Shown piece after piece: positions 22,152 to 32,261 of a stretch of DNA of 64,000 bases. How positions within the stretch are numbered: position 1 is the stretch's first letter; each line of letters opens with the position of its first letter. The notes under the pieces are model-generated. The model saw only the letters and a program-made list of their open reading frames with translations. It did not search any database and was not told where the DNA came from. The position numbers and the translations under genes were made by a program. This DNA comes from Burkholderiales bacterium. GTDB taxonomy: Bacteria; Pseudomonadota; Gammaproteobacteria; Burkholderiales; SG8-39. The DNA lies in assembly GCA_035550695.1 (NCBI GenBank), contig DASZOS010000007.1:19433-83432 (forward strand), given 5' to 3'.

Positions 22152-23743
22152 TTCACTACCGGGGGCGTCTCGAAGCTGTGATAGGGCGCCGGCGTGGGAA
22201 GGTGCGTCCACTCCAGCGAATCGGCGCCCTCCCAGGGCAGCTGGGCCGCCGGCTTGCCGTTGCGGATGCACTGCACGACGACGTACAGGAACAGGAGCTG
22301 CGTGAGGCCCATGCCGAAGGCGCCGAGCGACGAGATCTTGTTCCAGGTCTCGAACATGAGCGCGTAGTCCGGGATGCGCCGCGGCATGCCCGCGAGGCCC
22401 AGGAAGTGCTGCACGAAGAAGATCATGTTGAAGAAGATCAGCGTCAGCCAGAAGTGGATCTTGCCGAGCGTCTCGTTGTACATCCGGCCGGTCCACTTCG
22501 GCAGCCAGAAATAGATTCCCGCGAAGGCGGCGAAGAGGGCCCCGGCCACCATCACGTAGTGGAAGTGCGCCACCACGTAGTAGGTGTCGTGCAGCTGGAT
22601 GTCTATCGGCACCAGCGCCAGAACGAGCCCGGTGAAGCCGCCGAGCGTGAACATGAAGAGGAACCCGCAGGCGAAGAGCATCGGCGTCTCGAAGGTGAGC
22701 GAGCCCTTCCACATGGTCGTCACCCAGTTGAACACCTTGACCCCGGTCGGCACCGCGATGAGCGTGGTGGCGTACATGAAGAACAGCTGCCCGGTCACCG
22801 GCATGCCCACGGTGTACATGTGGTGCGCCCAGACGATGAACGACAGGATGGCGATCGCCGAGGTCGCGTACACCATCGAGGCGTAGCCGAACAGCGGCTT
22901 CCTCGAGAACGCGGGGATCACCTGGGAGATCACGCCGAAGCCCGGCAGCGCGATGATGTACACCTCTGGATGCCCGAAGAACCAGAAGATGTGCTGGTAG
23001 AGCACCGGGTCGCCGCCGCCGGCGGCGTTGAAGAAGCTGGTGCCGAAATGCCGGTCGGTGAGCGTCATGGTCACCGCGCCGGCGAGCACCGGCATCGTCG
23101 CCACCAGCAGGTAGGCGGTGATGAGCCAGGTCCAGCAGAAAAGCGGCATCTTCATCAGCGTCATCCCCGGCGCGCGCATGTTGAGGATGGTGGTGATGAT
23201 GTTGATCGAGCCCAGGATCGAGCTCATGCCCAGGATGTGCACGGCGAAGATGGTGAGGTCCATGCCCATGCCCATCTGCACCGTGAGCGGCGCGTACATC
23301 GTCCAGCCCACTCCCGGCGCGCCCCCCGGCGTGAAGAAGGACAGGATGAGCAGCAAGGCGGCGAACGGCAGCAGCCAGAACGACCAGTTGTTCAGCCGCG
23401 CGAACGCCATGTCCGGCGCGCCGATCTGCATCGGGATCAGCCAGTTCGCGAAGCCGACGAACACCGGCATGATGGCGCCGAACACCATGATGAGGCCGTG
23501 CATGGTCGTCATCTGGTTGAAGAAGTCGGGGTTGACGAGCTGCAGGCCGGGCGAGAACAGCTCCGCCCGGATCACCACCGCCATCAGCCCGCCGACCGAG
23601 AACATGATGAAGCTGAACCACAGGTACATCGTGCCGATGTCCTTGTGGTTGGTGGTCGTGATCCAGCGCATGATGCCGCTGTAGCCGCCGTGGTGGCCGT
23701 GGGCGTCGTGCGCGTGTCCGTGGGTGTCTGCGACTGCGCTCAT
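22148..23743 (-). CDS. ctaD: Cytochrome c oxidase subunit I
   Basis: [37 protein letters not shown]. Confidence 0.97.
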   Translation of the reverse strand: MSAVADTHGHAHDAHGHHGGYSGIMRWITTTNHKDIGTMYLWFSFIMFSVGGLMAVVIRAELFSPGLQLVNPDFFNQMTTMHGLIMVFGAIMPVFVGFANWLIPMQIGAPDMAFARLNNWSFWLLPFAALLLILSFFTPGGAPGVGWTMYAPLTVQMGMGMDLTIFAVHILGMSSILGSINIITTILNMRAPGMTLMKMPLFCWTWLITAYLLVATMPVLAGAVTMTLTDRHFGTSFFNAAGGGDPVLYQHIFWFFGHPEVYIIALPGFGVISQVIPAFSRKPLFGYASMVYATSAIAILSFIVWAHHMYTVGMPVTGQLFFMYATTLIAVPTGVKVFNWVTTMWKGSLTFETPMLFACGFLFMFTLGGFTGLVLALVPIDIQLHDTYYVVAHFHYVMVAGALFAAFAGIYFWLPKWTGRMYNETLGKIHFWLTLIFFNMIFFVQHFLGLAGMPRRIPDYALMFETWNKISSLGAFGMGLTQLLFLYVVVQCIRNGKPAAQLPWEGADSLEWTHLPTPAPYHSFETPPVVK

Positions 23744-23762
23744 CTATCTCTCCTCAACCGTT

Positions 23763-24884
23763 TCACTTGCGCCGCGCCTTGACTTCGGCCGGCTGCACTT
23801 CGCCCGACTTGTTGCCCCAGGAATTGCGCGTGAAGGTGATCACGGCGGCGAGCTCGGCGTTGCTCAGTTGCTTGAAGGACTGCATCGCGGTATTCGGCCT
23901 GCCGTTCAGCACCACGTCGATCTGGCCCTCCTCCGGGCCGTTCACCACCTTGGAGCCGGCAAGAGGCGGAAAAGCGGGCGGCGTGCCGCGGCCGTGGGCC
24001 TGGTGGCAGGCGACGCAGTTCGCCGCGTAGACCTTCTCGCCGCGCTGCATGAGGTCCTGCAGCGCGAAGCTCCTGGTGTCGTCCTCGGCGGCCTTGGCGG
24101 TCTTCTGCTTGAACTCGGCCACCCACTTCGTGTAGTCCTCGGCCGATACGACGCGCACCACGATGGGCATGAAGCCGTGCTCCTTGCCGCAAAGCTCGAC
24201 GCATTGGCCGCGGAACGTGCCGATGCTCTCCGGCCGGAACCAGGTATCCCTGAGGAACCCGGGCATCGCGTCCTGCTTCGCGCCGAAGACCGGAATCCAC
24301 CAGGAATGGACCACGTCGGCCGCGGTGGTGATGACGCGCACCTTCTTGCCCACCGGAACCACGAGCTCGTTGTCCACCTCGAGCAGGTAGTTCTCGCCCT
24401 TGGGCTCCCTGCCCTCGATCTGCGCACGCGGCGTGGCGAGCGTCGACAGGAAGCTGATGCCTTCGCCCTCGCCCTTCAGGTAGTCGTAGCCCCACTTCCA
24501 CTGGTAGCCCGTCACCTTGATCGTCAGATCGGCGGCCGAGGTGTCCTTCTGCGCGATCACCACCTTGGTCACCGGCCAGGCGATGACGATCAGGATGATC
24601 GCCGGGATGACGGTCCAGATGATCTCGACCGTCGTGTTCTCGTGGAATTGCTCCGCCTTGTGGCCTTTCGACTTGCGGTGCGCGTAGACGGCGTAGAACA
24701 TCGCGCCGAACACGCCGACGAAGATGACGATGATCAGCCACATGACGAGCTGGTGCAGCCAGTCGATGTCGGCGGCGAGCTTCGACGCGGGCGTCTGGAA
24801 GTACCACTCGAGGGCGTGCGCCGAGCCCGATAGCGCGAGCCCGGCGAAGCTTGCCAGCGCTGCAAAGAGTTTCATTCCCCTCAT
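23763..24884 (-). CDS. coxB: Cytochrome c oxidase subunit II with a fused C-terminal cytochrome c domain
   Basis: CuA site VVHSWWIP ... CVELCGKEHGFM. C-terminal heme motif CVACH. Start chosen at MRGMKLF (signal peptide). Confidence 0.95.
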   Translation of the reverse strand: MRGMKLFAALASFAGLALSGSAHALEWYFQTPASKLAADIDWLHQLVMWLIIVIFVGVFGAMFYAVYAHRKSKGHKAEQFHENTTVEIIWTVIPAIILIVIAWPVTKVVIAQKDTSAADLTIKVTGYQWKWGYDYLKGEGEGISFLSTLATPRAQIEGREPKGENYLLEVDNELVVPVGKKVRVITTAADVVHSWWIPVFGAKQDAMPGFLRDTWFRPESIGTFRGQCVELCGKEHGFMPIVVRVVSAEDYTKWVAEFKQKTAKAAEDDTRSFALQDLMQRGEKVYAANCVACHQAHGRGTPPAFPPLAGSKVVNGPEEGQIDVVLNGRPNTAMQSFKQLSNAELAAVITFTRNSWGNKSGEVQPAEVKARRK

Positions 24885-24900
24885 GTCCTCGTTCCCCGAA

Positions 24901-25395
24901 TCAGAACCGCAGTCTTTTCCGCAGCTCGGCGGCAAACTCGACGCGCGTGCGCTCGTCGAGGTGCCGCCCCAGCTCCAGCTCTTCGCGGGCGCCGCGCAGC
25001 TTCACGCGCGCACCCTGGCGCTTGCCCGCTTCGAGGTAAACCTCCGCCCGGCGCGCGTCGATCTCATAGCGCGACACTCTCTGCGCTTCGGCCACTTCCA
25101 CTGTCAGGCGACCGGACTCGAGCACGATGCGCTCGTAGTCGGCGGCGTGCCGGGCATAAGCGAGATACGCCGCCACGAGCACCAGCACTTCAAGTCCAGC
25201 AAACGGCAGCACCAGCCAGGCACCCGCGAAGGCAAAAGCACCGCCAATCCCGAGAACCGCGACCGCTAGCGCTATGTACACGCCGGCAAGTCCGGCCGGC
25301 GAATTCGAGCAATTGCGCTTTAGGGTCAGGCTGAAGCCGGCATTCGCGTCGCGAAACGGCAACCTGCGCGCCGGTTCTGCAGGGCTCCTCAGCAA
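24901..25395 (-). CDS. DUF2244-like integral membrane protein preceding coxB
   Basis: LKRNCSNSPAGLAGVYIALAV, two TM segments, and the conserved location upstream of coxB. Confidence 0.55.
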   Translation of the reverse strand: MLRSPAEPARRLPFRDANAGFSLTLKRNCSNSPAGLAGVYIALAVAVLGIGGAFAFAGAWLVLPFAGLEVLVLVAAYLAYARHAADYERIVLESGRLTVEVAEAQRVSRYEIDARRAEVYLEAGKRQGARVKLRGAREELELGRHLDERTRVEFAAELRKRLRF

Positions 25396-25428
25396 GCCGG
25401 CGAAAATATCACAAAAGCTTGCGCTGCC

Positions 25429-26241
25429 TCAAGGAATGCTGCGGAAGATACGAACCGTTTTCACCTCCTCGGCCTTCCAGGCATGCCCGTACACCACCTC
25501 GAAAGTAGCCTTCGGCTTGTCGCCGAGCGCGCGACGAAGCCGCGCGGCGAATCCTTTTCCCGCGAGGCCGCGCGGCCGGTCGGCCCGCGCGCTCGTCTGC
25601 CCGCTTGCCCTCAGGTCGCTCAGCAAGGTGTCAGCATCCGGATACGCGAGGCCGACCATCTCCATGTCCATTACCGGCGCCGAGAGCCCGGCGGCCAGCA
25701 GCATGTCGCCCAGATCGTGCATGTCGATGAAACGGTGAACGCGGTCCGCCCCCGCCGCGCCGCGCAGCTCTTTCAGCGTATCCGGGCCGAGGGTGCTGAA
25801 CATGAGAAGGCCGTTCGCGGTGAGCACGCGGCGGAATTCCCTGAAAGCGGCGAGGGGATCGGAAAGATAGTGCAAGGCCATGTTGGACCAGACGAGGTCG
25901 ACCGAGCTGTCCGCGAGCGGCAGGCGCTCGAGGTCGGCGCAGATCGCCACGCGCGTCGCGCCTGCGAGGCGCGCGATGAATCCCCGCTTCGGCAGCATGG
26001 GAAACGAAAAATCGAGCGCGATGAGCATCGCCCGCGGATAGCGCTTCGCGAGCATGCGGCGTGGCGGGCCGCTACCCGCGTCGAGCACCCGGCGCGGCAC
26101 GAGCTTTACGTAGTCCAGGCGCTCGAGCATGCGAGCGGCGATCTCGTCTTCGAGGCGCGCGGCCCGGGCGTAGGTCTTCGCCGCCCGCTCGGAGCGCCGG
26201 CGGGCGGCGCGCCGGTCAACCTCCGCAGAGCGCTCGCTCAA
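25429..26241 (-). CDS. Class I SAM-dependent methyltransferase, BioC-like
   Basis: VLDAGSGPP (motif I), LPLADSSVDLVWSNMALHY, LRRVLTANGLLMFST. Overall collinear with E. coli BioC. Confidence 0.65.
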   Translation of the reverse strand: MSERSAEVDRRAARRRSERAAKTYARAARLEDEIAARMLERLDYVKLVPRRVLDAGSGPPRRMLAKRYPRAMLIALDFSFPMLPKRGFIARLAGATRVAICADLERLPLADSSVDLVWSNMALHYLSDPLAAFREFRRVLTANGLLMFSTLGPDTLKELRGAAGADRVHRFIDMHDLGDMLLAAGLSAPVMDMEMVGLAYPDADTLLSDLRASGQTSARADRPRGLAGKGFAARLRRALGDKPKATFEVVYGHAWKAEEVKTVRIFRSIP

Positions 26242-27559
26242 TCGCGGCGCAAACGGCGAGTAGATGGCGGTCGGCTCCCGCGGTGCCGCAGACCATCAGG
26301 CCCACCGGCGCGGTCCCGGGCTCGTGGCAGGGCAGCGATGCCGCACAGCCGCCGAGGAAGTTCGCCAGGCCGTTATTGCGCAGGATGCGCGCATTCCAGC
26401 GGAAGTAATCCTCGTCGCGCGCGTCCGTCTCTTCGATCGTGGGCGCAATGCAGGGAACGGTCGGCATGACGATGGCGTCGAACGGCGCGGCGAGCGCCTC
26501 CACCTCGCGAACGAAGCGCGCGCGCAGGCGGCCGAGCGCGACGTAGTCCGCGGCCAGGAAATCCTTGCCGAGCAGCACGCGCTTGCCCACGCGCGGGTCG
26601 AGCTCGGCGATGCGCTCGAAGTGCGGCCTGTGTATTTCGTAGGACTCGGCCGCGGCAAAGCCGCCCGCCCGGAAATACTCGTCCTGCCGGTCGAACGCCG
26701 GAACGGCCATCTCGGTAATCAGGGCGCCCGCCTTCGCCAGCCTCGAAAGGCTGCCGCTGAACGCGGCGGAAACCTCTTTATCGAGATCCTCCAGCACCGA
26801 CGAACGCGGCAGAAGCAGCCTCAGCCCCTTTGCCGGCATGGCCGGCTGCGGCTGCGGCGCTTCGCCCGCAAGTAGCGCGTCGTACACCGCCGCGCAGCCG
26901 ACCGAATTGACCAGCGGCCCGACCGAGTCGAGCGTGTAGGACAGCGGAAACGCGCCCTCGCGCGGCACGCGATGCGCGCTCGGCTTCCAGCCGACGACGC
27001 CACAGAGCGCCGCAGGTCCGCGGATCGAGCCGCGCGTATCGCTGCCGAGCGACATCACCGCCATGCCGTCGGCCTGCCCTACGGCCGCGCCCGAGGACGA
27101 TCCGCCCGGCACGCGGCCGTTCTTTCGGTCATAGGGGTTCTTCGGCGTGCCGTAATGGGGATTGAGCCCCACCCCGCCGAATGCGAACTCCACCATGTTG
27201 GTGCGTCCGACGAAGACCGCGCCCGCGGCCCTGAGCCGGGCGACCGTCGGTGCGTCGGCGCTTGCCGGAGGATTGTTCGCGAGGATTTTCGACCCGGCAC
27301 GCGTCACGTCGCCCGCGACGTCGAAGAGATCTTTGAGCGACACCGGGAGCCCGTCGACCGCAGAGCGGCGCACGCCCATTTTTCGCAAGCGGTCGGAATG
27401 GTCGGCGTCGGCGCGCGCGCTTTCGGCGTAGACCTTGAGGAAGGCGCGGCTTCCTTCGCCGGCGCGGTCGCTGATCCGCGCAAGCGCCTGCTCGGCGAGC
27501 TCGCGGCTCGAGGTGCGGCCTGCGGCCAGGTCGGCGGCGAGCTGCGCTACAGTCCACAT
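26216..27559 (-). CDS. Amidase (amidase-signature family)
   Basis: GLPVSLKDLFDVAG and GGSSSGAAVGQADGMAVMSLGSDTRGSIRGPAALCG. Confidence 0.85.
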   Translation of the reverse strand: MWTVAQLAADLAAGRTSSRELAEQALARISDRAGEGSRAFLKVYAESARADADHSDRLRKMGVRRSAVDGLPVSLKDLFDVAGDVTRAGSKILANNPPASADAPTVARLRAAGAVFVGRTNMVEFAFGGVGLNPHYGTPKNPYDRKNGRVPGGSSSGAAVGQADGMAVMSLGSDTRGSIRGPAALCGVVGWKPSAHRVPREGAFPLSYTLDSVGPLVNSVGCAAVYDALLAGEAPQPQPAMPAKGLRLLLPRSSVLEDLDKEVSAAFSGSLSRLAKAGALITEMAVPAFDRQDEYFRAGGFAAAESYEIHRPHFERIAELDPRVGKRVLLGKDFLAADYVALGRLRARFVREVEALAAPFDAIVMPTVPCIAPTIEETDARDEDYFRWNARILRNNGLANFLGGCAASLPCHEPGTAPVGLMVCGTAGADRHLLAVCAAIERALCGG

Positions 27560-27573
27560 GGAGAAAAGATAGC

Positions 27574-28245
27574 ATGCGCAATTTTCTCGGGGAGACGTTT
27601 TTCGGCGGCGCCTGCTTCGTTTGCCGCGGAGCCGCGCGCGAGCTGCTGTGCGCCGCCTGCCGCGCCGAGCTGCCGCTTCTCGCGCGCGAGCTATGCCCGC
27701 GCTGCGCGCTGCCGTCGCCCGGCGGCGCGCTCTGCGGCCGCTGCCTCGCCGAGCCGCCCGGCTACGACGCCACGATCGCCGCGCTCGCCTACGACTTTCC
27801 GGCCGACGCGCTGGTGCAGGCGCTCAAGTTCCGCGGCGAACTCGCGCTCGCGCCGCTCCTCGCGGAATTGCTGCGTGAGCGCATTCCCGCGAGCGAGCCG
27901 GTCGATTGCGTGGTGCCGGTTCCGCTCTCCGCGGCGCGCCTCCGGAGCCGCGGCTACAACCAGGCGGTCGAGATCGCGCGCCACCTGCCGGCGAAGCTGG
28001 AACTGGAGCTTTGCGTGCGCCATCGCGACGGCGTGCCGCAGATGGAGCTTCCCTGGGCCGAGCGCCAACGCAACGTGCGCGGCGCCTTCGACTGCCGGCG
28101 CGCGCTCCTCGGCGCGAAAGTTGCGGTCGTCGACGACGTGATGACCACCGGCGCGACGCTCGACGAGATCGCCCGCACGCTCAAGCGCGCGGGCGCCGAG
28201 CGCGTCGTGAACTGGGTAGTCGCGCGTACTCTACCGCCTACCTGA
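27574..28245 (+). CDS. comF: ComF-family phosphoribosyltransferase-domain protein
   Basis: N-terminal Cys clusters CFVCRG...LCAAC...CPRCA...CGRC. PRTase motif VAVVDDVMTTGATL. Confidence 0.85.
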   Translation: MRNFLGETFFGGACFVCRGAARELLCAACRAELPLLARELCPRCALPSPGGALCGRCLAEPPGYDATIAALAYDFPADALVQALKFRGELALAPLLAELLRERIPASEPVDCVVPVPLSAARLRSRGYNQAVEIARHLPAKLELELCVRHRDGVPQMELPWAERQRNVRGAFDCRRALLGAKVAVVDDVMTTGATLDEIARTLKRAGAERVVNWVVARTLPPT

Positions 28246-28251
28246 TGGGGC

Positions 28252-28653
28252 TCACCCCGAGCGCAGCAATTCCCAGAGCTGACGCGGGGTTAGGATTCGC
28301 ATCCCCTCGAGCGATCCGAGGGCGACAAGGGCTGCATCGCCAGTTACGAACGCTTCCGCGCCGCCTAGAAGCGCTTCCCCCAGCACCAGGCGGTCGTCCT
28401 CTTCCGCGTTGCATGAAGCTCGTGAGGCGTTCTCGACGACCATGACCGCTTCGCTGGAGACATACTCGACGATCTCTGCACACCGCTCGGCAGGAAGCTT
28501 GATTTTGGAGCGCAGCGCCTTCTCGAGCTCCTGCAATACCGCGCGCCCGGTGACCAGGTCGTGTTCCAGCAGCACCACGTCCAGCAAGTCCGCGCTGAGC
28601 CCCCGGACGGCGAACGCGCTGACCAGCACGTTCGTGTCGAGGAAAAGCCTCAC
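28252..28653 (-). CDS. PIN-domain toxin (VapC-like)
   Basis: MRLFLDTNVLVSA (first acidic residue), a later D/E in DDRLVLGEA and FVTGD. ATGA-type overlap with the upstream RHH gene. Confidence 0.8.
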   Translation of the reverse strand: MRLFLDTNVLVSAFAVRGLSADLLDVVLLEHDLVTGRAVLQELEKALRSKIKLPAERCAEIVEYVSSEAVMVVENASRASCNAEEDDRLVLGEALLGGAEAFVTGDAALVALGSLEGMRILTPRQLWELLRSG

Positions 28654-28865
28654 GATATCGAGCGGAAAACGTCCTCGTCCGTGAGCAAACCCTGCGCCTC
28701 TGCAAAGGGCAGTGTTTTGGCGCGCAACTCCCTGAATCGCGTCACGGCGACTTGCCGCCTCAGCGCATCGCGTGCAATCTCGCTCTTTGTGCGGCCTGTA
28801 CGCCTTGCTATGCGCGCCAGCGCCTTGTCCAGCTTGGGATCCAGTCTGATCGTCAACGTGCTCAT
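28650..28865 (-). CDS. Ribbon-helix-helix (CopG-like) antitoxin
   Basis: 71 aa: MSTLTIRLDPKLDKALARIARRTGRTKSEIARDALRR, a beta-strand then two helices as in RHH proteins. Confidence 0.8.
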   Translation of the reverse strand: MSTLTIRLDPKLDKALARIARRTGRTKSEIARDALRRQVAVTRFRELRAKTLPFAEAQGLLTDEDVFRSIS

Positions 28866-28932
28866 CAGGGTACCTTCTGTACGACTACGTCTTACAGTGT
28901 AGCATCAAGCCCCCGGCAAGCGTTCCCGCTTG

Positions 28933-29385
28933 ATGTTCGACGTCGTCCTGGTGGAGCCCGAGATCCCGCCGAACGCGGGCAACGTCATCCGGCTTGCCGC
29001 GAATACCGGCGCACGGCTTCATCTCGTCGAGCCGCTTGGCTTCTCCATGGACGACAGGCAACTCAAGCGCGCCGGGCTCGACTACCACGAATATGCTTCG
29101 GTCACGACCCACAAGGACTGGAGCGCGTGCCGCGCCGCGCTCGCCGGCCGGCGCATGTTCGCCTTCACCACGCGGGCGAGCCGGCTCTATACCGAGATCC
29201 GCTACGCCGCCGGCGATGTATTCGTCTTCGGCGCCGAAACCCGCGGCCTGCCGCAGCCGATCCTCGACGAAATCCCCGAGCGCCTGCGCCTGCCGATGCG
29301 CCCCGGCAATCGCAGCCTCAACCTTTCGAACGCCGTCGCCGTGGTGGTGTTCGAGGCGTGGCGCCAGCTGGGATTCGCTCTCTAG
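28933..29385 (+). CDS. trmL: tRNA (cytidine/uridine34-2'-O)-methyltransferase TrmL
   Basis: SPOUT motifs [42 protein letters not shown] at 28933 is preferred over TTG at 28930. Confidence 0.9.
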   Translation: MFDVVLVEPEIPPNAGNVIRLAANTGARLHLVEPLGFSMDDRQLKRAGLDYHEYASVTTHKDWSACRAALAGRRMFAFTTRASRLYTEIRYAAGDVFVFGAETRGLPQPILDEIPERLRLPMRPGNRSLNLSNAVAVVVFEAWRQLGFAL

Positions 29386-30362
29386 CGCTCCCGCTTTGGA
29401 TCCCGCGACAGCAATCGCTCGACCGCCGCAGCGGGCGACAGTTGGCCTTCGAGCACGGCGTTAACCGCATCGCTCACCGGCATGTCGACGCCCTTCGTTT
29501 TCGCGAGGCGCGCGACTTCTCTTGCCGAGCGCACGCCTTCGGCGACGTGACCCAGGTTTTTCAGGATGTCGCTTAATGAACGACCGCGAGCGAGCTCGAG
29601 CCCGACGCGCCGGTTGCGCGAAAGGTCGCCGGTCGCAGTAAGAATGAGGTCGCCGGCGCCGGCGAGGCCGTACAGGGTTTCGGCCTTGCCGCCGAGCGCG
29701 GCGCCCAGGCGCGCGATCTCGGCGAGCCCGCGCGTGATAAGTGCGGCGCGCGCGTTGAGTCCCAGGCCGAGCCCGTCGGAAATGCCGGCGGCAATAGCCA
29801 TCACGTTCTTCACCGCGCCGCCGATCTCGACCCCGATGAGGTCGGCGCTGTAGTAGACGCGCATGCGCCCGCCGTGCAGCAGCGCGGCGGCTTCGCGCGC
29901 GAAGGCGGCGTCGCGCGCGGCGAGGGTGAGCGCGCACGGCAGTCCGCGCGCCACCTCTACGGCGAAGGACGGCCCCGAAAGCGCGCCATAGCGCGCCGCC
30001 TCGCCGAGCGTCTGGGCGGCGATCTCATGGGGAAGCAGCCCCGTGCCCTCCTCGAATCCCTTGCACAGCCATACCACGGGGCTCGCCTTGGGCAGCCTCT
30101 CGAAGAGCGTGCGCAAACCCGCCACGGGAGTGGCGGCGATAAGCAGGCGCGCGCCGCTGGTCGCTTGAGCGATATCAGCGGTTACGGCGAGCGCTTGCGG
30201 CAGTTCAAAATCCGGGAGATATCGCTGGTTGCGGCGGCTCGCGGCGATCGAGGCGGCCTGCGCGGCATCGCGCGCCCACAGGACCACGTCGAGCCGTGCG
30301 GCGAGCACCGAGGCGATCGCGGTGCCCCAGGCGCCGGCGCCGAGGACCGCGACGCGGCTCAC
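29382..30362 (-). CDS. gpsA: NAD(P)H-dependent glycerol-3-phosphate dehydrogenase
   Basis: [34 protein letters not shown]. Confidence 0.95.
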   Translation of the reverse strand: MSRVAVLGAGAWGTAIASVLAARLDVVLWARDAAQAASIAASRRNQRYLPDFELPQALAVTADIAQATSGARLLIAATPVAGLRTLFERLPKASPVVWLCKGFEEGTGLLPHEIAAQTLGEAARYGALSGPSFAVEVARGLPCALTLAARDAAFAREAAALLHGGRMRVYYSADLIGVEIGGAVKNVMAIAAGISDGLGLGLNARAALITRGLAEIARLGAALGGKAETLYGLAGAGDLILTATGDLSRNRRVGLELARGRSLSDILKNLGHVAEGVRSAREVARLAKTKGVDMPVSDAVNAVLEGQLSPAAAVERLLSRDPKRER

Positions 30363-30826
30363 CGCGCGATTTCGATCTTCGGGCCTTCGGCCGCCTGCTG
30401 CTGCTGCAGGCGCTGCACGTAGAGCGCCTCGAAGGACACGGGACTGAGCAGCACCGGCGGAAAGCCGCCGCGTATGACGAGATCCGAGATGGTCTCGCGC
30501 AGGTACGGGAACAGGATCGTCGGGCAGCCGATCTCGAGCAGCGGCTGCACCTCCTTCTCGGGGACGTTGCGCACGGAGAAAATGCCCGCCTGGACCGCCT
30601 CGGCGAGAAACAGCGTCTTCTCGCCCGACTTGGCGGTGACCGTGGCGGCGACGGTCACCTCGAAGTAGCCCTCGGCGAACTGCCCGCTCGTGGTGTGGAT
30701 CTGCACCTCGAGCTTCGGCTCGACCTGCTGCACGAACACCTGCGGCGCGCCCGGGATCTCGAGCGAGAGGTCCTTCACGTAGACTTTTTCGATCTGGAAG
30801 CTGGGCTGCTGCTGTTCTTCGCTCAT
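30359..30826 (-). CDS. secB: Protein-export chaperone SecB
   Basis: [31 protein letters not shown]. 155 aa. Confidence 0.95.
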   Translation of the reverse strand: MSEEQQQPSFQIEKVYVKDLSLEIPGAPQVFVQQVEPKLEVQIHTTSGQFAEGYFEVTVAATVTAKSGEKTLFLAEAVQAGIFSVRNVPEKEVQPLLEIGCPTILFPYLRETISDLVIRGGFPPVLLSPVSFEALYVQRLQQQQAAEGPKIEIAR

Positions 30827-31083
30827 GCGGTCGCCTTTAGTAGGGAATCGAGCTTGCCGTCGCGCTCGAGGGCATAGAGATCGTCGCAGCCGCCGACGTG
30901 GCGGCTGCCGATCCAGATCTGCGGCACGGTGCGCCGGCCGCTCCTTTTCATCATCTCGGCGCGCCGTGCGGGCTCGAGGTCGACGCGGATCTTCTCGACG
31001 GCAACGCCCTTTTCCGCGAGCAGGCGCTCCGCCGACTGGCAGAAAGGGCACGATGCAGTCGTGTACATCAGGATCTTTGCCAA
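30823..31083 (-). CDS. grxC: Glutaredoxin 3
   Basis: [33 protein letters not shown] start at 31083 aligns with the E. coli Grx3 N-terminus. Confidence 0.9.
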   Translation of the reverse strand: MAKILMYTTASCPFCQSAERLLAEKGVAVEKIRVDLEPARRAEMMKRSGRRTVPQIWIGSRHVGGCDDLYALERDGKLDSLLKATA

Positions 31084-31084
31084 C

Positions 31085-31492
31085 TCATTTCTCCACCGGC
31101 AGCCCGGCCTGCTGCCATGCACCCAGCCCGCCGGCGAGGTTCACGGCCCTGGCGTAGCCCTGGCTTCTCAGCGCAGCGGCCGCCTTTGCCGAGCGGTTGC
31201 CGGTGTCGCAATACACGATCACGGGCTTGTCCTTCTTCTTAGCAACTTCCGCGCCGCCCGCGCCGATGCGCGAAAGCGGCACGTTGCGCGCCCCGAGGAT
31301 GTGGCCGGCGCCGTACTCGCCCGGCTCGCGCACGTCGACGACGAGCGCGTCCTCGCGATTGATGAGCTGCGTCGCCTGCGTCGGGTTGACCGAAGGACCG
31401 CCCGTGGTGCGCCGCAGGTACGGCCACAGCAGCATCGCTCCGGAAGCGAGCGCGACTGCGATGAGGAGAATGTTTTCTTGGATGAATTGCAC
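31085..31492 (-). CDS. Membrane-anchored rhodanese-domain protein
   Basis: N-terminal TM segment, VVDVREPGEYGAGHILGARN, active-site loop YCDTGNRS. GTG at 31492 is preferred. The alternative ATG at 31522 would overlap the gpmA ATG. Confidence 0.8.
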   Translation of the reverse strand: MQFIQENILLIAVALASGAMLLWPYLRRTTGGPSVNPTQATQLINREDALVVDVREPGEYGAGHILGARNVPLSRIGAGGAEVAKKKDKPVIVYCDTGNRSAKAAAALRSQGYARAVNLAGGLGAWQQAGLPVEK

Positions 31493-31520
31493 GGGGGGGC
31501 CGACATTATAATTCAGCGCC

Positions 31521-32261
31521 ATGCACAAGCTCGTTCTTCTGCGCCATGGCGAGTCGGACTGGAACCGCGAAAACCGCTTCACCGGCTGGACCGACGTCGA
31601 CCTTTCCGCGAAGGGCGTCGAGGAAGCGCGCTCCGCCGGGCGGCTGCTCAAGTCGGGCGGCTATCGCTTCGATCTGGCGTTCACTTCGGTGCTGAAGCGT
31701 GCCATTCGCACGTTGTGGATCGCGCTCGAAGAGCTCGACCAGATGTGGCTGTCGGAGGAAAAGAGCTGGCGCCTCAACGAGCGCCACTACGGCGCGCTGC
31801 AAGGCCTGAACAAGGCCGAGATGGCCCAGAAGTACAGCGAGGCCCAGGTGCTCATCTGGCGGCGCAGCTACGACACGCGCCCGCCGGCGCTCGAAAGCAA
31901 CGACCCGCGGTACGAGTCAAAGGACCCCCGCTACGCGGGCGTGGAGGTGCCGCTCACCGAATGTCTCAAGGACACGGTGGCGCGCGTGATCCCCTACTGG
32001 ACGAGCGCCATCGCGCCGGCGGTGCGCGCCGGCCGGCGCGTGCTCATTGCCGCGCACGGCAATTCGCTGCGCGCTCTCATCAAGCATCTGGACGGCATGG
32101 GCGAGGCCGAGATCGTGGGCCTCAACGTTCCGACCGGCGTGCCGCTCGTCTACGAGCTCGATGCCGAGCTCAAGCCCCTGCGGCATTACTACCTCGGCGA
32201 CCCCGACGAGGTAGCCAAGCGCATCGCGGCCGTATCGGCGCAAGGGAAGGTCAAGGCCTGA
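31521..32261 (+). CDS. gpmA: 2,3-bisphosphoglycerate-dependent phosphoglycerate mutase
   Basis: [36 protein letters not shown]. Confidence 0.95.
   Translation: MHKLVLLRHGESDWNRENRFTGWTDVDLSAKGVEEARSAGRLLKSGGYRFDLAFTSVLKRAIRTLWIALEELDQMWLSEEKSWRLNERHYGALQGLNKAEMAQKYSEAQVLIWRRSYDTRPPALESNDPRYESKDPRYAGVEVPLTECLKDTVARVIPYWTSAIAPAVRAGRRVLIAAHGNSLRALIKHLDGMGEAEIVGLNVPTGVPLVYELDAELKPLRHYYLGDPDEVAKRIAAVSAQGKVKA

Noticed and set aside
22056-23782. 521-aa and 534-aa ORFs overlapping ctaD in other frames or on the other strand
   Set aside because: ctaD is unambiguous in its own frame. Only the last 31 codons of the 521-aa ORF (22056-22151) look like a real small membrane protein.
31493-31522. Rhodanese start at ATG 31522, which would overlap the gpmA ATG
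   Set aside because: The GTG at 31492 places the start directly before the TM helix, as in homologues, and the extra [10 protein letters not shown] has no support. It is kept as an alternative only.
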